A DNA stretch of 64,000 nucleotides, from the NCBI GenBank assembly GCA_964035545.1, contig OZ037768.1:13339675-13403674 (forward strand). Reading direction: 5' to 3'. Each line of letters opens with the position of its first letter. Within the stretch, counting starts at the first letter, position 1. The stretch is from Bugula neritina (lineage: Eukaryota; Animalia; Bryozoa). The translations under genes were made by a program, and so were the position numbers. Positions 41,547 through 52,500 of this stretch are shown one piece after another. A model generated the notes under the pieces. That model was not told where the DNA came from, did no database searches, and saw only the letters and a program-made list of their open reading frames with translations.

Positions 41547-44490
41547 TTAATAATATTGTGACAGCTTATCCTGATCTGAACAAAGCAGTAGAGAAGCTTT
41601 ATAACTGACGATAAAAAATTGTGAGTCAGATCTATGATACTGATACAGGGTTTCATTTGACTGCGCTAATGCATCACAGGCACAAGTAACACAGCTTTCT
41701 ATCTGTAGTCGAATATCATCTGCCATGTGAGGCCGAAACACAGCGTTCCTTATTTGCCTCACAGTAGCAGCCGTTCTTTGTTGGCCCGTATGCAACTTCT
41801 TGAGTATTTCCGGATGCATCCTGGTTGGAGCAATGAGCCTGAATCCTTTGTATATAATCCCACCGAGAACAGGCAGGTCATCTCTGTATGAGAAATATAG
41901 TTGAGGTAAAACATGTACATTAGTGAGTTTCTGTGCCCACCCCATGGTTATCATTACCTGGACTGCATCAAACTCAGAATCTGTTCTAGTCTCTTGCTGA
42001 ATATTTAAGTCTGTAGTCTCCGATACAGGGAGGTCCTTCTTCAGGTTTGCCGTGCTTAGATCTGACATAAAGGATTTAAGTTGATTTACTGTAAAGATCT
42101 ACTCATCTGAAATCTTGCCAACAGCATCTCCCACAGAATCTCTGGATAACATGTCCATTCCGCAGTTATTTGTTCAGAGCCGGGTCTGTAGGTCACGTTC
42201 ATTGAATAGCACTTCAGAGCATGCAGCATAGACTGCAACCTCTTCGGAGCTTTATGCAAAGGCTTTTTAAATATTGGCTCAAGAGGCCCATGGCTCAGTG
42301 TTATGTTTCTTGTTTTGTTGTGATAATATAAATCAGAAGTAGTATGTGTAGTGTATGACTGTATTGATAGAGCACTAGCAGGCAACTAACTAACAAGTAA
42401 AACAGGGATGAGTGAATACAATGACAACTGGTCATGTGGTAATAATAGGCAAATAAACATTTTACATAAGAATGAATGACAAACCACTAATGAGAATGAG
42501 TTTATAATGAACAAATATATTACAGAACTAAGCTGCTAGTCAGATTATGTAATTGTAAGAGTATCTATACTTATGTATCACCAACCACAAAACAGATAAT
42601 GCTTACCTGTATCTGTGTGCAGCATCAACTATGTTTAAATACCCATCGATGTTACCGACATACGGATGCAGAGACTTACTCAAACTGTTTTGAGTTTGAA
42701 AATCAACTTCATTGCCAACACCATCAACAGACCTGGCACCTACGTAAATCCAATGACAACACATAATTTAAAATGTTCAACACAACTGAAAGTTAGATGA
42801 CGATTAGATGCCTATCATTGAACCAGGAAGAAATGAATTTGCCTTTCACAGTTACAGTTAAATGTGTACAATGACATGAGTAACACAAGTGCAGTAATCA
42901 ATACTATATTACCTGTGATGATTTGAAAAGTATTAAACATGTAGTATGATCACTAGAGACGATGACATCTGTTAGTTATGAAACTCTTTTCACTGGAGAG
43001 GTAAAAATAGTGTTTCTGTTTCACTGTAAGTGTTTCTAAAGCAGACAAAAAGGAGAAAATATGGCATAGAAAACTACTTCTAGTGCCTTTCATGAACTAA
43101 ACCTCTTGAATATGAAACTCTTCCATCTGTAAAAGATGACTGTCTAGCTCAGGGAACAGATTGATTTACCCAGTGCAAGACTTTGCTAAGTTTACACATG
43201 TATGCAGTATGAAAATTGGAACAAATCTCAAGCATAGGCTAAAAATCTTAAATAAAAACCAATTTTCATTCTCAAATCTGATATTGAAGTTATTTCATAA
43301 TAAAATAATAATCGTACCAATATGATTTTGCATTAATTACTGAACAAAAAGATGCCTCAACTGTTATGTTGTGATAATATGAATTTGAAGCAGTTTGTGT
43401 AGTATATGACTGTATTGATAGAGCACTAGCAGGCAACTGACTAACAAGTGAAACAGGGATGAGTAAATACAATGAGAACTGGTCTTGTGGTAATAATAAG
43501 CAAATAACAGTTTACATAAAAATGAACGACAAACCACTAATGAGAACGAGTTTATAATGAACAAATATATTACAGAACTAAGCTGCTAGTCAGGTTATGT
43601 AATTGTAAGAGTATCTATAAGTATGTATCAGTCAGTGTGTACAGTCACTTTGGGGTTTCCAAATACATACTGATCAAATTTTTGTATGCCAAATATGATC
43701 ACAAGCAGCTCAATTCCGATGGGTGCATAAATCTTTTCACTGTCCGTCAAACTTCTGGATGCATAACACCAGTAAGCCATCCTGAATCAACACTGCACCC
43801 AAGCCTTCGCTACTAGCATCAGTCTGCACTATGACTGGTTTCTTAGCTTGAAAGTACTTCAAGATGCCAGCATCAGTTATGAGCTGTTGAGTTGCTTCAA
43901 AGTTCATTTTTTTAATCAAAAGTCCAAACAAATCCTTTGCCTGACAAACCAATGACCCTCCATAGTGGTTCACATTGTGCCGAACAATGTGGGACAAACT
44001 TTGACATGTAGTTCTCAAGAATCGCCGCACACCATCACTTTCAGTAGGAGCTGACATTTTCTGTATCGCTGTTACTTTACTTGGATCTGGCTTCATACCC
44101 TCATCCGATATGATGTGTTCAATATAAGGCAGTAAATCCATCAGGAACTTGTACTTATCTTTGTTGAGCCTCAGATTTACTTGTCTAGCTCAGGTCAACA
44201 GCATTTCAAGTTTCTGGTTGTGATTCTGGACGGCTTCCTCATATGTTGGCCCTTTTCCATATATTAGTATGTCGTCAGCAGCAACCGTCACTCCACTTGA
44301 GCCATCAAGTGTATTAGAGAGCCATCTTTGGAATTTTTCAGGGCTAGAGGACAGACCAAATGGTATTTGCAACCACTTCATCTTCCCAAAAGGTGTCCAA
44401 AATGTTGTAAGATCACTTGATTCCGCACTAAGTTTGACCTGAAGGAACCCATCTTTGGCATCACACAGTGAAAAAACCTTAGCTCCATGC
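41547..44490 (-). mobile_element. Gypsy pol (RT, RNase H, integrase zinc finger), split by a nested insertion at 42299-43630
   Basis: GAKVFSLCDAKDGFLQV...TTFWTPFG...PFGLSSSPE...AADDILIYG; QTDASSEGLGAVL; VTVHT|HGPLEPIFKK; LHTGQQ...CVTC. Confidence 0.95.
42299..43630 (-). mobile_element. Non-autonomous LTR element: two ~270-280-bp LTRs around 781 bp lacking gag/pol
   Basis: Direct repeats at 42299-42580 and 43362-43630 (TGTTATG...TGTATCA), flanked by CTCAG/GTCAG (near 5-bp TSD). Removing it restores the RNase H HTDH motif apart from one base. Strand inferred from LTR composition. Confidence 0.88.
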
Positions 44491-44609
44491 TGCTCGCATA
44501 AAGTAGTGGTCTTCAACAAGCGAGCTCCAGTGGTAGACTGAACTACACTGGAACTCGCCTGCTTTTATACACACAAGACAAAAGAATACGTAAACAAAAA
44601 GGATCTTTT

Positions 44610-44712
44610 TTGCCTGAAATGGTGAGGCCCGAAATGCAGATCTTCGGCATTTCGGGACTCCGAAACGCCGATCTTCGGCATCTGGGGATTCCGAAATGCC
44701 GACTTCAGGCAA
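44610..44712. repeat. Array of ~31-bp palindromic units inside a short inverted repeat
   Basis: CCCGAAATGC-n9-GCATTTCGGG repeated about 2.5 times, bounded by TTGCCTGAA / TTCAGGCAA. Confidence 0.85.
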
Positions 44713-45179
44713 CAACATTTAGTATAAAAATTCACATCAGTAAGTAAAGAATGGAGATGATAACTTTCCGTTATAAAATCCACAACAGTATATTTTGTTC
44801 CTGCATTTTAACTAGGTGTGTGCACTGTGCTAATATGGGCATAAATTTATTTGTTTTGCCAAAAAATGTTGCTCTTGTCTTTGCATTTAATTTAGGAATT
44901 GAACATGGACACTCACACAGATATGACCAATCTAGAATGTTTTGTCCAAAAACACCACTTAGATTACTAATGAAGAAATCTCTGAACATGTAAGTATTTT
45001 AGTTTTCATTAGTCGCACATCAGCATAACTATAGACATGTATACAATTATTGTTCTTTTTATTGGTCAGAGCCCAGAGGTAAAAGTTTGAAAAAAGTTAT
45101 AGACCATCTATCGAATTTTTTAATAAGTATTTATTCACACAAAGTTTTGCTTATTTCAAGTAAATTCTGGTTCATTTTG

Positions 45180-47886
45180 GGAAGTTCACCAACACCCCGC
45201 AGGTACAGCTGTTGGTTGAGACTTCCAAAGAGCCATCAGTGAACGTATCCATGCTGTTGTTGCCGGTTCTAACAATTGTGTCAGGATTGATGGAATTTTC
45301 AGTGTCTTTACCCATAAAGACGAAATAAACTTCTCGAAGCCAAATATTTGGTCAGCAATAGCTGCTCCTTCAGGTTAGGCAATTTAAGCATTGATATATA
45401 GAAACAAAGTGACATGTGTGCACATAGGTATTTATTGCCTAACAACTATTAAACAACTTAAATTATGAAAAACAATATAATTACACTTAAAATCATTTAT
45501 TAGTCTTTTGCGTCATGTGATTAGAGTTGGCATTGAACTGTCCGCTGGCAGCACTAAAACGAGTCAAAGATGCTGTTTACGATGACCAAGCAGAGTAAAG
45601 TTATAGTGGACGTTCATCACAAAGTAGTTGTACGTGTAATGTTTTATAATATTTTTAGTTCCAATTTCTTTTTGAAAAATTTAAATGTTATCTCAGTTAA
45701 TCATTGTTTGTTTCACTTTACTAAAATAATGACGAGCCTAAATTTGTAAAAGATTAGCAGTTTATCAGCAATGAGTTTCTTTGTTGCTATTTACTAAAAC
45801 TATTTAATTTTATATAGATGAGCCGTGTCTATCTTGCCTCTACTGCTTCAACAAGAAATTTACCACCCCAAAATTGCACGAGCCATTGTCAACCAACAAC
45901 GAAACCTATCTCAGCATACTGGACGAGATAGAAGGTCTATTCTAAAGAATAAGGGAAGGCCAGATTTTCTAGATAGACGAATTTAGTTAACGCTTATTGC
46001 TGGTGGTAGCTGGGCACGAATTAGCAAGCAAGGTTTGAAAGAAATCGACTAACCAAGACTGAATTACACAGGTACACAAAAATTATGTGCGTGTGTGTGG
46101 TGTGACATTCCTCAATTTCTTTTTTTGTCATTTGATTTCTATTTTCTGCTGGTTTTTTATTTATAGACAGAAGAGTTGTACAATGGCATATATACTTTAC
46201 CTGTTGAAACTTAATACAAACTCTTCTACAAATTTCTAGACTTTCTTCAACCTCGGCTGCTTAGCACTGCACAGCCTAATCACTGAGATGGCTTTAAACT
46301 TTGAACTTTCAAGCCATCTCAGTGATTAAGCAGTGCAGCAGCTAAAAATAGCATGCAATGAAAGTTAGCTATGATTAGTATAAGTTTTATAGCAGCGGTA
46401 AAGTCAAAGCCAACCGGAAATTTCATCGGCAATCTATCAGAAATCCCAACTCATTTCAGCACATACTCGCACAAAATTCATTATAAAACGAAATTGTTTG
46501 GACATGCAACCTTAAAGCAGCTTGTAGATGAAAACTAAGATATATAAGAATATTTTAATACTGCGTAAGTGAAGTGCGTCAGGGATTCTTTAAGCAGCTT
46601 TTAAATTTAAATATACATTATATTATTATTTCAGAACAAAAGCGAGAAAAACTGCTATAAATTGGATTCTGAAGCAGGCGCATTGTTTGAGGACTATTTT
46701 GAAGAAATAGAAGTACATCTGAGCTTCTGGCAGCTAATCCTTCTCTGAGACTAGTAAACAAATCTTCAGTAAGTGAAATGTTGGCAATTTACAAACTTCA
46801 TATATGCTAGCCTTTACAAATGTCTATGTTATAAAACCAAGTTTATATACGAAAATAAAAGCTACTTATTACGTTATTGACCCAATACCAGTAAAAATTA
46901 GGTTATAATAGGTCTAAACCACAAAATCTCAAAAATGTTGCTATAAAAAATTGTAGTATGTACTGTTATAAACTATAGTGTAAAACCTCAACTTGTTAGA
47001 ACTACATGATTTAGGTGGTCATAATTTTGTTTACAATTACCCGAACCGGACAAAGTGGAGATCTGTGAAAATAAAAAAACATTGTTTACAATCACTTTTA
47101 GAAACTCACTTTTATTTGTTTTGATGAAAATATTCAGTGTCGCGTCATGCAGCTCAGTAAGTATGTTTTTGTAAAAACCCTGTTGTGTTAACTTATATTT
47201 GCTTAATAGCAGCTAGAATATTTATGTCCTACGGTTGTTGATGATTTTACAGGCAGCGAACAACACCCTTGAAGAGACAGCAGCTAAGCCTGATGTGCAA
47301 ATCTGCAGCATGCAACGGGCGATTCCAATGATGCGCCATTTCAATGGCGAAAAACTAAACATTCTAGGAGAGCCCCGAAGAGAAGGTGGAAGAGCTAAAG
47401 AGGTTTGTGGATATTAAACATTAATGACGTTTAAAACATAAAAGTTGCAAGCATGCATGTACAAAAAAGTATGAGATAATGTTAATCAATGTTGTGAGAT
47501 TGATATTCAGAAACCAAAATTTAAAAACATCATCGCTGCCTTTTAATGTTTTTTATTGTTCAAGATAGAGAACATTTGAGAACATGGTTATAAAATAATG
47601 CAGAGCAAATCATCTTTGTCACCTCTTATTGACTGTTAATGGAACAGATGTTTTGAATTAGCAGAATGTTGGCGACTATGGGACTGTGGCAGAAGTAACA
47701 TTCCTAGACTTCAACTTCTCAAAAAGACTCAATTATCTAAAAGAAAAACTGATAAGCGCAAGGACTTTGCAGCAAAATAAAATAATCAGAACTGCAAGCG
47801 AATGGCTGCAGCAAAGTACAAATTGGGCCAATCACACAATGGCCAATGAAGAACTCCATTCAATTCATAAAAATATGAAAAATTAA
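45180..47886 (+). pseudogene. Decayed, intron-containing DUF3987/YfjI-like ATPase gene
   Basis: Colinear exon-like pieces: MLLLPVLTIVSGLM / FSKPNIWSAIAAPSG | FTTPKLHEPLSTNN..LSILDEIEGLF / DRRI*LTLIAGGSWARISK | FLQP...DGF | YKLDSEAGALFEDY | LRLLMILQA...SMQRAIPMMRHF. Contains stops and frameshifts. Confidence 0.6.
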
Positions 47887-49576
47887 TGCGGTTTTTTATA
47901 TTGTTCATGCAACTTGCCAAAAAAAGATTGATAACTTGATTGTAATTTTTTTTCATATTTAACTATTTTTTTATCAAATACTCCAATAAATATTGAAATG
48001 GTAAAAACGGAAGCGCAATTGCTATGATTACTGATTTCAGACCCAATTATTACTGTTTTAAACTAGACGGAAGCATTGCATTGTAACTCCATGTTTTGAA
48101 AACAGTCCACTATAACAGCATTCAATAAATGCATTGCAGCAAAACAATATCTAAATGACTCCTGTATATATACATTTCAGCACATTTCATTGCATCATGA
48201 AACTTATGCTTACAGCCCTCTATTTAAGTATCAAATATAATGAATTTAAGCGAAGTATGTTATTTCATTGTAATCAATTTTAGCAACAGACATTTAAAAG
48301 ATCTACAATTGTTCCTTGCTTTATGTATACAGCAAGCATACAAATAGTTAGGTTGTACTGTAACTTAGAAAGATATGTAAAATGAAATAATGGCAGCTTT
48401 TAGAATTTAAATGCTGTACGAATTATTATTTTTCTATTGATACCTAATAAAAATAGTTGCAGATTCTTTACTTATATTGCATTCAGGTGACAGGAAATGT
48501 AATTATTTTATTCTATAAGCTTGACACTTGAAGTTGTCCACTCAAGCTGACATCTGACGCTTTCAATCTGCCCCATAGTTTGAAATACAACTCATTTAGT
48601 AAAGTTAAACTCAAGGGACAAGCCGCAGGTAGAACTTTCGGCACATACTCCATTTAACCGAATATCCACAAATAGCTATAGCTGGTATAACAGAAAAGAA
48701 TTAATTATAGTGGGAAGACTGTAAAGACAACTTCTTTCACTGTATACTATTCTCACCACTGCAGCCGTCTTCAAATCTAGGTATATATTATGTATACTAT
48801 ATATGAACAATGTTACTTAAAATATAAACATTTTAAATTTCATTTTTGCTATTCTCTTATAAACATAAGGTACGTATTGATATTAATCTACAACAGCTGA
48901 CAAATTTTACTTTCATAAACCAGTTTCTCTGCTTATTCTGTTTACAGTATATTAAAAGTGTGGTAATTTAACAATCATCTTCTATACACACTATAAATAT
49001 ATATTATATCAAATATCATTGAATACAATATACGTAGCAATGCACACCGGTGCATTGTAAGTTATGCATTTCCATTGATTTTATAGCATCATTATCCCAA
49101 ATGAGTTGATGTCACTTGTGTGATGATAACCCATTTTATATCGCACTATAAATGCAAAAGACTCTTATGTATTATTTCTCTACTGAGTTTTCTTTGCAGC
49201 TGCTTTACTACGTATTTTTATTGATAACATTTATCTAAATCTTAACTCAGTTACAAACAAATGGATTGCAGGCTAATTTATTCTCGTCCTTATTGATTTT
49301 TTCAACAATACTTCCGTTGTTTTGTAGGAAAAGCAAAGGTTATTGGTAGATTAAAATAAGCTTTTGCTAGAATAAAGGTAAACCATGCATGTTTATGTAG
49401 AGAGTGGTATAGTTTGTGTCAAAAGTACCTCATCTGACCTGCCTGTCGGTTGTAAGTGTATCTCTTGTCATAGTCATTGAGCTGGATTATGCAGTCTTTT
49501 GTACATGTAATCCACATAGAAGCTACAAATCTTTAAATACTTTTTTATTTCTACTTTAGAACAAATTGAAGAAAAT

Positions 49577-52500
49577 ATGAATATTACTACTGAAAGCTTC
49601 TTAGACACAACAACAGATTTTATAAGTAATGAAACTTATAACCATCCTTTACTGGAGCCGTACAACATTGTAAATCCTATTCTAGCAGTCATCGGCATTG
49701 GTAATATAATATTCTCATGTTATTACAATATTATATACATTATAGTAACCTCACAATATTACAATATTATGTACGTTATAGTAACCTCACAATATTACAA
49801 TATTATATACATTATAGTAACCTCACAATATTACAATATTATATAGCATAGTATGTAATATATAAGAATGTAACTGGTTTTCTTCTATTTATTTTCAGAT
49901 TGTAATATATAAAATAGAAACTACGTTCAAAGTTATACATTCTTATTTAGCATTTAGGTAGATTCATCTATACTAAAGCATTTAAACAAATTGGTTTTAA
50001 TCACTTCACATTGTGTTTCTTGTTCTCTATCTAATAGGCCTACTATCTTTTAGCCTTTTGATGTAATTACTTAGGCATGCATTACCATAAATATGTTTTA
50101 TGTAACTTATATAATTCTAAAAGTAATGATTAACAAATCTGCAGTCTCAATTGATTGGATATGTTAAATTTTATGCTTACTTTGAAATCAGCGGAGAGGG
50201 CAGAATATTGAGTGTTTATAGCTGCATTTAAAAAAATTGCATAATTAAGCAAGTTTACAGTTTACTGTAAGCAGTTGATGTTGCAATGTTTCAAATTCAA
50301 TTCTCATAAAATAATTCAGTTGGTTAGTTCTTAAACTTGCAGTATTTTAAGCACCGCACAGTCGCCAAATTATTGGTTTATATTTTTTTATGTTCTACTT
50401 TTGAAAAGTATCTCTAATCAATTACATTACATTTGTTTAAATTTCACTTGAGATAAGGGGGAGGGGGGGTTGTAATTTTTCTTACACTGTTTAATGAAAT
50501 ATTAGTTCATGTATGTCATATAAAACAACTTGTATTTTTTCAGCTATAAATGTGGCAGGCGTGAAAAGCTTGCTGCATCAAAAGAAGAACAGAAAAGAAT
50601 GTCTGAGGATGAGAAAAATCTTGTTGATTTCATTATCCTTGTCCGACATAGCTACTTGCATTTGTGTTCCTCTTAAACTGTTCACAATTTTTGCTTTCAA
50701 ACAATCAAACCTTCACCAGACAAAGCCACTAGTCTACAACTGCACCAGCACTTTCTTTGATGTGCTAGTCCCTGCCTTCTATGTGATCACTCTGCTTAAC
50801 CTGCTTGGGATGGCTATAGACCACTGGATCACATTCACCAAGCCCTTCAGGTACTTTGTGGTAAGTTCTATCACAATTATGTATTTTATTAGTTTAAACT
50901 GTTCATTCTTACCAGCTAAATTAAAAACTTTTGAGCTCATATATTAATTGCAATCAATTACTGTGTAGTAATCTCTTGCATATTTCTTTTTGAAAATTCT
51001 TCTAACAAATTTGTCCAATGTAATTAAGCTCTTTTTATGTTTGCAGCTTATGAGCCGAGATTTTTAGCTTTTCAAATGTATTTGTGTATATTTTCAATTG
51101 GCTGCTTTACATGAACAGAAGCCATGAAAACCTCACAAACTATTTATTTTTAGCTAAATGTTCTTGCACTGAATTATGTTTGCGTTAGACATACTATAAT
51201 TCATTATAATAATAGAATAACTAATTTTCTGAATTATAGCTACAATGAAATCATCAACTGCAGCAGATGATAAGAATAAATGCATTCTCTGTTAAAATTT
51301 ATTTTCAAATTTAAAACCAAACAATCAATTTAAACAGTAAAATCAACAGGGCTGTGTGAATTTAATTTTAGTAGTATGTGAGATGTTGTTGAATGCACAA
51401 TTGAATATACTAAAAGCACCAGAGGTCTTTATTTTATGATTTTATAATTTGATGCAACACATTTTAGTTTACATTTTTAGTATAAAAGTGAACTTAATTT
51501 GTATAGAATTACACAGCAAAAAGTACTAATCCACAATTCAGCTACAATGTTTTTATGATATATTTCATATCTATAACAATGCAAATTAGCCACAGTTTTA
51601 AAAAGTAGTACTTCTAAGCTCCTAGTTTATATTACCAGTAATTTTAAATCTGCTTCCGCTATTGGTTTTATCACAAATAAAATATGCCTGAACAGTCATT
51701 ACTGCATCTGAATTCAGTTTTAATTTTGCTGTAAGCTGACACTTGTTTATATAAACTACTAAACCTACTTTATTATGTGAAACAGCTCTTCTCTTTTTAA
51801 TTTTGTTTTCAAGACTATTGATTGTGCCATTGTTGAACAGTATAGCTGAGAAGTGTCGTCATTACCATAGCTGTCATCAGTATCACATCCTCATGCAGTC
51901 TCAGTGTTTTGTTAGTTGCTGTGACTGTCATGATTTAGTGTATTATTAATTAACAGCTGCTACCATTAATTTTATTGCTAGTTTAACTGAATTAGGAGAA
52001 TATAGTTATAATTATTTCATATATACTCTATAGTTTGTCTTCTTTACTTTAAAATGCTACTTTATTTTACATATTATCAAAGCTAGGTTCTGTTTTATAT
52101 TAGTACAAAATCTTGCAATAAAATGTAGGAGAGGATATAAATTGCAAAATAAATAAAATGTGAAGAGTAGTTACTGTATGTGTAGTTGATTATTCATTAT
52201 TCATTGTTAAACAACAGCGTCTTTTTTAACTACAATTTAATCAAGACACCAAATTGTATTTTATCCAAAATTAATAATGTTCTATGCAGAAATCATGCAA
52301 CTCTCTTATGTATACTAAATCTAAAATCAACAGCGGACTTTACATCAAATTTGCTACAAGGTTCAACTCTATAACAGGTTGACTTTTTATTATTCAAAGT
52401 GTTTGTAGTTTGATATCATAAAATCAAAGAGTAAAGATGTATTATGAAAAAATATCATGTCTCACTTATCGAAGAAACATTCAACTCATGCATATAAGCA

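Noticed and set aside
49701-49846. YYNIIYIIVTSQ repeats in ORF 49577
   Set aside because: Intronic 36-bp tandem repeat downstream of the splice donor at 49701.
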